From assembly GCA_964199315.1 (NCBI GenBank), contig OZ116703.1, positions 25,420,001 through 25,484,000 on the forward strand: 64,000 nt of DNA, read 5' to 3'. Of the stretch, positions 50,201 to 62,200 are shown piece by piece (the stretch's first letter is position 1; each line of letters starts with the position of its first letter). The position numbers and the translations under genes are program-made. A model generated the notes under the pieces. The model was not told the origin of the DNA. It ran no database searches and saw nothing but the letters and a program-made list of their open reading frames with translations. Origin of the DNA: Orbicella franksi (taxonomy: Eukaryota).

Positions 50201-53200
50201 GTCAACAGCATGCGGACCAAACAAAACCAGGCCTTGCAAGAACTGCAGGACGAATTAGATTCCTTGAAGAAATCCAAATCCAAGTATGTACCTGAAACAA
50301 CTTGATAGTTTGACTATTATGAAAATGAGAAGGGAATATTGAGATATTTAACAAATTACGAGAATTTTTTTTTTTAAATGGACAATCCGTGTCAAACGCT
50401 CGTTTGACTCGTCACGCTTGTCACGCATCGCGTGACAAGCCCAAAGAAAGTCACCGAAGAAAGTCGAGCCAAAAATTACCAGACAGTAATAAACGTAAAA
50501 TAAAGCGACAGGTGAGTGTCCCTCACAGCGCGTGATATAAAAATATTTCCCGTGACTTACCATATATTAATTTTTTTCGTAGGATCGAAAAGGAAAAGAA
50601 TGCTTTGCAAGCTGAAGGGGACGATCTTTCTGTCAGCTTGGAAACACTGCAAAAACAGAAGGTATTGCACAGTACTGCTGTTGTGTGTTTTTAGTGTTGA
50701 CTTTAAGGTTTTCCACTTGTTGTTGTTGATGTTTCATCTAATGGTTTGCTTGCTGTTATTTTCAAAGGCTCAGTCGGAAAAACAAAACAGAGCACTGGAG
50801 GAGCAGCTCAATGATCATAAGTATCAGGTGAGGAAAGAAACTCGGCTAACGGCTTGAGAATTGAGATAACGTCACTCTTTTACTTATACACTTACGTGGA
50901 TTATACAGCTGTTGAATCAGAAGCACATTTTCCCAAATAGTTTCTCAATATTGTTTGTACACCTGGCCCGAAAAGAAACCGAACTCAAGTGTTTTACTGA
51001 AAAACAAACCTCGACAAGAAATCCCGGTCACATCTCTTGCTGTGGCCGACCAGAGTTCCGAGTTCAGAGGACATAGGTCATCTTGGAGTGGAGTACATCC
51101 TGAATATTAAATAGTATGGACTAAGTTGTTATGCAGTTCATCAAATCTTTGAATAGTCCACTACCGCAAAAAAAAAAAAGAAAGAAAAGGAAAAAAAAAG
51201 GGAAAGAAAAAGCAAAGTAAGATTGATCACACACACAAAAAATTCAGGCTTGAATGGGATTCGAACCCATGACCTCTGCCATACTGGTGCAGTGCTCTAC
51301 CAACTGAACTAACAAACCAACTGGGAGCTGGTCATGTTGTAAGGATTGTGAATAAAGATCGCTGAATCGGATACTGAAATGTTCTGCGTAATGTTTTGTT
51401 TCACAATTGCCACTCTCCGTGTTAATTTTCTTTTAGGTGGAGGAATTGAAGAAGGCTATCGCCGAATTGGAGATCGCTCGCAGTCGTTTGACCCAAGAGG
51501 GCGGAGATCTTGGAAAGCAGGTCGAAGAATATGAATCTAAAATGACCATACTTTTGAAAGGAAAGAAAGCCCTGGAGCAGAAAGTGGAGGAACTGAAGGG
51601 ACAAAACGAGGAGGAAATCAGAGTAAGTCTTCTTTTATTCAGCCATTCAATTTCCAGGAGTGATAAGCACTTATTTCTCCTTACAATCTTAGATTTGTTT
51701 TAAAAAAAGCAGGTTGTAAGAACGAAGAAGTCGTTATCTTGGGAATAAAGGTCCGGTGATACGGGCAACATTTTTCTTCAACTTGTCTCGCAACATTGTT
51801 GCATTGCAAGTTGAAACACTCTGTTGCGCGTATTACCACTTTTGTGACCAACTTGTCTCGCAGCAAAATACAGTGTTGGAGGTTGAGGTAATATGTTGCG
51901 CAAAGTAGGCTCGAGTTCTACTTTCTGCAACAAATTTTAGTTTTGCTGCTCGTATTACCACTGAAGCTTCAACTTGTCTCGCAACAATTTGAATTCGACT
52001 CTTGTGATTGGCAAAGCGCGGCAACGCGGCAACGCGGTAACGCGGCCAAAAAAACATGGTGGACGGTAAAGACGAGCCTGAATTCAAAGTAGGCCAGTAA
52101 CTCTCGGAAAGTAATAATTTCCCCTGTGCAAAGACCTTGAGGGCTATCATAGTCTTTGGGGCACCTCGTTTGTCCGTTCAAAACAAGCGGCACAACAGGC
52201 AAAAGGCTTGGAAGAACTGTTGCAGAAATACAACTTTTCGCCTAGCTATCTGTTACGACAACAAAACTTTATTTTGTTCTGAAATGACACTGAGCCTCAT
52301 ACTGAGAGAACTTCGCTGGCACGGAAAATTAAGAAGAAATGACGGCCAGAAGTGAAAGTGGAAGTTCGTCGAAACGATAAATTATATAAAAGGCGCCATC
52401 TTTATTTAGACACGATTGACCAATGAAACGTAAAGAATTCGCTGACTTGCAACACTGTATTTTGCTGCGAGACAAGTCCATCACAAACGTGGTAATACGC
52501 GCAACGGAGGGTTTCAACTTCCAATGCAACAATGTTGCGAGACAAGTTGAAGAAAAATGTTGCCCGTATTACCGGACCTTAAGTTGCAATCAGAGCTCGG
52601 CATCAAAACGGTCAGACTTGTCAAATTTAAACTAGATGTTAACTATTGAATGTTTGTGGTTCAGCTTAAAGTGGACGCTCAGAATAAGTTGAAGAACGCC
52701 GAAGCCGACTTGGAGAGCATGCAGGAGACGATCGAGGAGCTAGAAGACGGCAAGGCCGACTTGCAGAAACAGCTCATGAAGGCTAATACCGAGATCGCCC
52801 AGCTTAAGGCTAAGTTCGAACAGGAGGTGTCTGGTCGAGTGGAGGAACTTGAAGACGCTAAGTGAGTCATTCTTACTCGTATAAATCCTTTTAAACCGCC
52901 AACGAGTTTAACAACTCAAAATGATCCCAAATTTCAGTTTGGGAGACGTGGAGATTTAAACACGGCTGCATGAAAGTACTGCTCGATAGCTTTCTTTTGA
53001 ATGTTTAAACCCCTGAGTTTCATCCACAGACTTCAGATAACCACCTTGTTTAGCATAATAAACATTGCAACATGAAAGTACTGCTCAATAACTTTCATTT
53101 GAAAGGTCACACACTACGGTTTCATCCATAGACTTTAAAGTTGGAACCACCTTGGACAGCATAGTAAACAGTACCACATGAAAGTATGGCTCAACAGCTT

Positions 53201-56200
53201 TCAATTGAATGGTCACACACTAGGGTTTCAGCCACAGACTTTAAAGTAATGGTCACAGATTAGTGTCTTATCCTAAGACTCAAAACTTCAAGAGACTCAC
53301 AGTTGGCTCTACCTCTCTCTTTTCGAAACTCTGGAGACGTAGGGTGGGGAACCAAACTGCGGTCACGTGGTATCAATCTTGACGTTCTTACTTACTCTTT
53401 CGTTAGACGCAAGCTGACACAGAAACTACAAGAGACCGAAGAAGCTCTTTCTAGCGCCAGTCAAAAGGCCAGCAATGCTGAGAAGGCCAAGAACAGACTT
53501 AACTCCGAGTTGGAAGATGCCCTCATCGACTTGGAGAAGGTTAGCTTGTTTTCCTGCTGCAACACTTTTTTTCCTATTTTCAATATCACTTTTTATTAAC
53601 TCACTCGCTCAATCCTCTTCGTTCCTGATAAAACGTCGGTCATCCATTGGTGCCCGCCACCTGACCCTATTTTGAGCAGTGCGTTTCGCTTCCTACCACG
53701 TTAGAAATCTCTCCTCCAACTCTGCTATTCTTGTGCGCCTCCAGATGCGCTGGATTCTGCCTCTCTCGGGCTTCTCATATGGGTTCCACTCTTTGGCACT
53801 CATTGTTAAACATACTATTATATTTTTAAGCGTTAGAGTAAACCATTTACAGGGTTGTCACAGATCAGAAAATGATCAGGGAAAAAACACTCTACAAGGT
53901 CAGGGCTAAGTCAGAGAATTGTAAATTTTGAGTTTGAAGAAAAATCATTGAGGGTTGGAAGAAACATTTGCGGTCACTGTGAGCTCGACGATGTTCTTCC
54001 TTAATGAAGAAAAAAAGATTTGTTGAAATCTTATAAGTCTTAATGAATGAGTGGAAAGGAGGGCTGTAAAGGGGAGGCCAGACACCGCTAGTACTTACTT
54101 AGTGTATCTGACGTTTTGCATTATTTGGTCAGGGAAATTCTGTTTTTATGAGGGAAAAGTCGGGGAATTTTGAAAAGTGATGTCTGTGGAAACCATGGTT
54201 TATAAAGTGCTGTGTATTTATCCTGACAGGCTACGACAAACGCTGCCAATCTGGAAAAGAAACAGAAGAAGTTCGACCAGCAGATAAACGAGTGGAAGTT
54301 ACGGTGCGATGAATTACAAGCTGAAGTGGACAATGCACAGAAAGAAGCGCGTAACTACTCCACTGAGGTTAGTCGCAGATCTGCTTTGGTTTAGAAAAGA
54401 AATAAATCGCAATATTTAGAGAGGAAGCTAAATCGGCCTTAGCTGGTTTTCATTCGAGTCCTCTCTCCCTGTCGAATTGGAATTTGGAGACGTGCCCGGA
54501 GAAAAATCCTCGGAGCAAAGCCAAGAAGTAACAACAAACTCAACCCACATATGGCGCCGGGCAGGAATCGAACCCGGGCTACATAGGTGGTAGACTGCTC
54601 CCAACATTAACTCCCCAGAACTCTCAAGACGTCTTTTTTGTGAAGTTTATTCGCTGCAAGGCCGTGCATTGTCAATACAATTCTTACGGAGTGTTTTATT
54701 TATTCCACTTCAGATGTTCAAGCTGAAAGGATTGAATGATGAAATGAACGAACAAATGGAACTCTTGAGAAGAGAAAAGAAGAGCTTGGAAGGTTTGTGT
54801 TTCTCTTGTTTTTCTTTAGTTTGTTAACAATTTCACTTCGGAAACTAGCGTCGTTTAAAAACAAACATCTCAATTTTGCAGAGTATCGCAAGATTAAGTT
54901 CGCACAATTACCACCCAATAACTTTAATTCAATATTGTTCCTCACTAGGGTTTAATTCATGTACAGAGTTCAAGATAAAACCACATTGAAAACATTTACC
55001 CGTAACAAGTATCCCTCAAAAGTAGTCGCGTTGTAATGGTCACACCCTAAACTTTCATCCACGGACGGATTGAAAGCTAGAAATTATTGACTTAAGTCCT
55101 TGCACTGTTAGAAACTACGTAAAAGATGTCGTAACATTGTAATTGCACAGATCAAATACAATGGGGCGAACAAAGGGAATCTCATTCCAGCTTATTGGTA
55201 CCACTCTCATTCATACTATAGGACAATCTTTGTTTACATTGGTTAGCTCATTAGTATAAGCGATACAGTTTCCGATTGGGCTACAAAAACAGTAGTTCTG
55301 AATATTAAAATGGCACGGCACGATTAACTGTCCCAAGGAATTTCCTTCCGATGTATTGAATACTTTTTGTGCGACGCGGGTTAAAAAATTAAAAATTTTG
55401 CAAAGAATTTATGAGCTCATTAGCGCTTTTGCCACCCAGAATTTTGCAGTTTTTGAAGCTTATTTCTCCTCGAATATTACACCCAAAGAGCCAAAGAATT
55501 CATCAGTTACTAAGTTTCACTAGCTCTTAAAATGTCTGTAGTCAATTCGTGTATAGCGTGGTGCCTTATCTGCGAAAAGTCGTATGTTAATGAGGAAAAA
55601 TGTAAAATTTACGTCACCTAAGATTCGCCTATTAATCAAAAGCTGATAAGTTCCTCTAATTTACGTTCCACAGCCGAGGTTGCCGATTTGGCAGAGCAGC
55701 TTGGAGAGGGAGGCAAGTCTGTGGTGGAAATTGAGAAGGCAAAGAAGAGACTCGAATTTGAGAAAGAAGAACTACAGAGCGCCTTAGAGGTAAAGTACAA
55801 AGCGGAAGCAAAAGCAAACCGCTACTCTTACTTGCTAAAGCAAATTGCCATTGCCGAAACAAGAGTTTAAAAAGAAAATGGAAACAAATGTCGCAGTTTC
55901 CTGTCCTTGAAGTGCATCGCAGTTGTGAAGAAGAGATTGCGTGAATTCTTAGAATCAAAAGTAACAGCGCGAGATAATTTAAGATTTGCAGGAATTTTGT
56001 TTTAGAAAGAAAGTTTAATAAACGAACACCAGGCATCGAACCCGGAAAAACTCGGTGGAACTAACCGCAAGCAAACATAAGTGAAGTTAACCGCAAGAAA
56101 ACCGGAGACGTGTAATCCACATAAAGTGAGCTAACCTGGTCTCTCGTTAATTGTTGAATTGGTATGTAAGGATTTCCTAATCGAACACGTCTAAGGCACG

Positions 56201-59200
56201 GTTTGTGCTGCGTTATAGGAAATAGAAGCTGCTCTAGAAGCCGAAGAATCCAAGGTAACGCGGGCTCAGCTTGAGCTCACCCAGTACAAGCAGGAAGCGG
56301 AGAAGAGAATTGCGGACAAAGACGAGGAGTTAGAGAGTATGAGGAAAAACCATGCCCGTCAGCTGGAGAGTCTGCAAGCATCCTTGGAAACCGAGATTAA
56401 AGCTAAGAGCGACTTGGTAAGTATTTGTACATCCTTGATATCCCTTACCACTTCAGAAACTTGAACTTCGGATGTTTGTTTTCTTTTGTTTTTTTGGGCT
56501 CTTAAGAATATGAAGCAAAGGAAATGTAACGAATTAGGAGCATCGTGTTGCTGTCTACCTAGGCCGTTTGGCGAACCAACCAACAGTTTAGAATTTTCCT
56601 TTGGGTTGTCTTAATCTTTTAATCTACAGTTTTTTCCTTACTTCATGAACTAATGTTAAAATTTCTTCTTTGCAGTTGCGCGCAAAGAAGAACCTAGATG
56701 CGGCCAACAATGAACTTGAGATCAATCTAGACAACGCCCTAAAGGTGAGATGTGCTACCAGTGTTTTCTTTGCTTTTCTGGACGTGATGTCGTTTTGCGA
56801 TTGGCTTGTCATTTGCTTTGGTAGAATGAGACTGAGTTTTAGTTTGCTGTTGGTTTTGATTTTTAGGCTAACGCAGAATTCCAGAAGAATTTGAAGAAGT
56901 TACAACAGCAAGTGAAGGTTTGTATTTCAGACACCCTCGCTATGTCTTAACTTCTAGCAGAAACAACGTGCTTTTCATTGTCATCAAGTGTTTTGTAAGT
57001 TTCTTCAGCTCCATTAGCCTGCGAACAGGCTCGCGAAACCCGCCCCGATCGCCTCGTTCTCCGTTTTCTTCAGTTTCGCATTCGTCCGCTCGCTTCGCTC
57101 ACCGAATTTTTTTCCGTTTTCCCCTGGAGCCTGTTCGCAGACTGGGTTCCATTTGATACCATCCAAAGAACAATTGTGAATGAGGCTCGGTCAAGACTGC
57201 ATCACAGTTAAGACTGATTCAGTGATTCGCAATTCTACTGAGCTCCATGAGGCTGATTGAGTTCTTGCCATTGTTTATGACTAATGAAGTACAGCAATAG
57301 CTCCAATGTAGATTGACATATTGTGACAAGTATATACGTGGAATACATGACTTGATCTACGACTTCTTTACGATAACAACTAGAAACAAAAGTTTATTAA
57401 GATATGTGGCAACACGAAACAAGAATGGCAGCGATTGGCAGAGATTTAGGGGTATTACGAACGTGAAAAAATTAGGTTTAAACACGGGGACTCCCACGTA
57501 AAGCATCCCCGACCTTTTCACACGGGAGTTCCCCTCTCCCCCGTAGGTTTAGAGTCTAAGTTGCTCGCGTGTAGGAATGGGGTTTACATGACACTATACC
57601 GTCACAATAGTTTCACAATGGTAGTAATTGGCTTGTCAATTTTCTTGTTTTGTGTAGGATCTGCAAATGATGGTTGAAGAGGAACAACGTGGTCGGGATG
57701 ATGCCCGTGAAGCCGCCGCCAAAGCTGAACGCCGTGTCGGTGAGATCAACTCGGAGCTGGATGAACTTCGAAGTCAGCTGGAACAGGTACGTGTCTGGCT
57801 GTCATAGGCAAACACGTGATTTGGTGTGAGATTTTGCGGGATTGAAACCTCTTTAGGGTTCTGTGAAGAATGGCGAAGGAAAAAAAAAACAGCACTCGCC
57901 GTTGTTCACGATGGTCCCAGATTACAGCGGCTATATTTTTGTGGAGTCAAAATAGGCCATATTGGTATTCTCGGTATTGGACTGGAACTAGCTTGAAATG
58001 GAGGCTCATGCAGGGGGAATATCATTAAAAAGCGACAAAAGTCATTTGCATTTGAAAAAACTCCACAGATTAGCCTCAGTTGCAAGCTAGTTCCAGTCCA
58101 TTATTGAGAATACGAATATGGCCTATTGCACGAGAACAGTGGAATGGATATTCATAAACTTCCCAACAGTGTTCGATATTCTTCGAGTTATACATACCTC
58201 GAATTATCAGAGTAGCTCTATTGAGCTAATATTTTTACCGGCCACTAAGGCCAGTAACGGTGGTGACTATTAGGACGATTTGATGTGACCACTTGCTTGT
58301 CCTTCGCCAGGCTGAGCGACTTCGCAAGATAGCCGAGCAGGAGAAACAAGAGGCAGTGGACAACATGGCCCAAGCCACAACCCAGGTCAACACCCTCACC
58401 CAAGCCAAGCGTAAACTGGAACAGACAATCAGCAGCTTGCAAGAGGAGGCTGAAGATCTGGAGAATGAAGCTAAGAATGCTGATGACAGGGCCAAGAAAG
58501 CTGCTATAGAGGTACGTTTTAGCTTATGTTGTTTGTTGTCACAAATAAGAGCTTTGGCAGGGTTACCCCGAACGGAAGTAGATAATTACGTTTATCTTTG
58601 ATAACTGCACAACCACAAAGGTACAGAAAGTACCTAAAATGGCTCAGTGACCCCGCTTGCGCTCGCCAGCTAAGTTTCGAGAGAGCTGCTGACCCATAAA
58701 GTGGGGAACCCCCACCCCCCCCTGGAACCCTCTTGAAATGAACACGGAACAGAAACGCCACGCTTCCACACAGAGTGTGGGCGCTACGAACATGCGTGCT
58801 TACACGGCCAAGACCTCATTACTACAAAGAATTACGTTACTGAACACTTTATCATTGTTGTTAAAATTCCATTTAACGTTGTAAAACAGGACGATATTGA
58901 AAACATAGTAAATGTGGCGACTTTGTGTTTACAGTTGGCCCGCGTGCAACAAGAACTGGCACAGACTCAAGACCGCCTGGCTAATTCTGAAAGAGGCCGC
59001 ATGTCGGCCGAGCGCCAAGTCAAGGATCTGGAGGTCAAACTTGAGGAACTTGAGGCCCAGGGCGGTAAAGCGCTCAAGAATCAAATCAAGAAATTAGAAC
59101 AGAGGGTAAGTCAGTATTATTTCAACTGTTCTAAAGTTACATCAGTTCTCGATACCCTCTTTTATTAGGAACAGGGCAGGAAAAAACCCAGGTCCGATTG

Positions 59201-62200
59201 CCCGCGGCAAGGAAATTTTGCTCTTGGGCAAATTAAAAGTTTGGTGTTGGGTGGACATCTGAAATTAGCCTCTGTAGTCTTGTTAGTGACAATTTGCAAT
59301 CAATTTCAAAACTTAAGAATGCAAGATGAGCAAAACAGTGAGTTGAAAACATGGATTACTGATTACAGACAGTATCTAGTGAATGATGTAGTTGGTAAGG
59401 CGCAAACATTGCGCCCTTATTAGGCAAGCAATACATGTATTTTAGTGGGGGCAAAAAAACCCTGAAATTTACTGGCCCACTGGGCAACTGGATTTCAAAA
59501 CTTTCTTTCCCCACCACGAGGAATCGTGTCGTGTTAACGTAAGGTTATTCTTTATATTTTGCTTTTGATCACAGATTCGAGAATTGGAAGTTGACCTGGA
59601 CAGTGAGACTAGACGCGCTGCAGAGCAGCAGAAGCTCAGCAAGAAGCAGGAGAGGCGTCTGAAAGATGTGGTTCAACAGCAGGAAGAAGACCAGAAGAAC
59701 ATGCAGCACTTCAAGGACCAGGTCGACCGCCTTAACAAGAAAATCAAGTCCACCAAAACCAACCAGGAAGAAGCGGTATGTGCCCTTTTCTCTCCTCTTT
59801 CCTTCCCCCTCTTCTCTTCTCTTTCTCTTCTGACTTCTCATATCTCATTCTCTCCTCTACCCTGACCCTTTATCTCTACCGTGAAATTCTCCATTTGCCT
59901 TTCTTCATAACGCTTGCCGTTAACTCTCACTTAAAACGATCAATCTTACCAAAAAAAAACCCGGCTAGAAACGGGGAGATACGTTCCCTGTATAACCACT
60001 AAGCTTTAGATAAGAAAACTAGCGTCTAGTCATCGACATCAACTCTCCAAATCTAACTATTGCATTACATGTCCCCTCTTTTTAGGAGAACCTTGCTGCT
60101 CAGTACCTCGCCAAAGTGCGTAAGCTGCAGAAGGACCTGGAGGATGCCGAGGACCGTGCAGAGACCGCTGAGAGTGCGCTGAACAAGGCCCGTAGCCGCG
60201 CCCGGGCGAGCGCCGGCGGTGGAGGAGTCGGGAGGCAGACGTCAAGAGAGGTCTCTAGGCCTTTATCTCCTTTACACCACAGATATCACTCTTATAATTC
60301 GCTATTGTCCCCAACATCCAGCTTATATTCGGACAATGACTCTAGATAATCGAGTTATAATTAATTTGAACCCTAGTTTGCTTATGGAGCTTGCTTTTTA
60401 TCACTTTTCCTGTGGAATGTAACCTCCTTTCTCGGTATTCATCTAACTGCTCTTGTCTTGTCATGTCACCAAGTACTCCCGTGGGTACTCCTGTCCGTGC
60501 CCCCGTCGGTACTCCCGTCGTTAACGAGGCCGTGTCAAAACCACGCGAACCCCAATTTTGAGTTTTAGTTTTCTCGAAATAAAGCTTTTTTATGATAGAA
60601 CGTTGTAATGGACGCTTATTAATCCATGAGAACCAGAACCTACGAAGGTTGCAAAAGGTGTCTCCCGCAACTTGTTCTCGAAAGAAAACAGAGATTTTAT
60701 TAAGCCAACTGTAAGTTAACTCTGCTGACAGATTATTGGCTTTCTTTACCTAAATAAATTAACAGACAAGGAGTCGAAAAGTGCTATTGCTCTGAATTGT
60801 AAATATTGATTATATAACATATTGCCTCGTAATTGTTTGTTTTTACCGCTAAAGAATGAAATTTGCATTAGAAAAAAAGACACGACATTTTGATAACAAG
60901 CCTGCACACGCATGGCCAAACAGACGTCTATGCTATTGTTAACGGCATTGCTCGGTTGTGTGGCTTGTCTAGTTTATGCGACAAGTTGAATCCCGTTTCA
61001 ATAACAAACATTCAAGTTAGATAAACATGACCTTGAGCGAAATCTCCCGGAAAGTCGACTTCTGTTTTCAGTGGTAATTGGCATGGTTCCTTTGACAACC
61101 CTTTCGTTCCGCCTAATTGATAAACACCCTCCTACGAAAGTACAGCGATTTTAATGAAAGTTGATGGTTAGCTGACAAATTCGTTGTTTATTTAAATGGT
61201 GACATGACGAGCCAATCTTGGCGACTGTCCTTAATGTTTCTCTTGATTCTCTCTTTCTAATTCTTTTGCAAATATCATTTATGCTTGTGTTTCTATGTCC
61301 ATGCTTAGCTGATCACGAGTTATTTATGTTGATATTCTTACTCGTATAGTTATTTTTTTCCTTAGCTCTGTTCGTTTATTTAAGTAATTTAAGGGGTGCC
61401 ACACTTGTTTTATGGTTTGTTGTTCCTAACCAACTATGTAACATGCATACGTCTAATGACTTGAGTGACAGCTACTGTAAAGCTTAGTTAATTGGGTCAA
61501 CGCCTCTGAAAACTACCGTAATATTCACGTGCGGCAGGTCAAGGAACTCAACCATTCTTGTCATTCCATCTTGAGCACCCAACACTAATATAATACAGGC
61601 GTAATATTTTGTTGTTTTTTTTGGTAGAATTTCCTCATCGTTGCATTTTAGCGTGCCGTTATTCCTTCGTCCCTTGTGCTTCTGTAGTAACTAATTTATA
61701 TAAGGTTTAACGACTCTTAAATAGCCTACGTTGCAAGAGATCCCGCGAATCCCGTACGAAGAGCTTTTCGCATTCAGGCCGCGCGCACATTGGAGCGAGA
61801 GCAAAAAAATCGTGGATTGTTTTGTTCTCGCTTAAACGCTTGCTGCGCAGGCTAACTTGTAGAGGGATTCCGCATACATGTACCATTTAGTAGGGTATCG
61901 GTGGGTGTTGTTAGGCTGCACTGGGCGAGACAGTGAGTAGCTGCGATAGTTGCAGCGCCAAGTAGTGAAGTATTCCCTATTAACTGTTTCTCTCGGCATG
62001 TTTATGCCACAGAGACTCCGCAGTCCTACTCCTAGCGCTGGCGAGGATTGAAGATTGCACTTAGGTAACTGATCCGGTCAGAGATTCAGCCATCCGAACC
62101 TTGCGGTGTCGGTTCTAAGATCACCTCATTCCTTCGTACTTGTGTCAAAAGTTACTATCATCTCACCGCTCGCCCAGTGAAAGTCATATACTCCACTAAG

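Noticed and set aside
51246-51318. tRNA-Thr-like cloverleaf on the minus strand
   Set aside because: The anticodon stem is mispaired, U33 is absent and it sits in repeat context; treated as a SINE head.
52969-53248. CRISPR-like array
   Set aside because: Whole units are diverged copies with no unique spacers and no cas genes, and the context is a eukaryotic intron.
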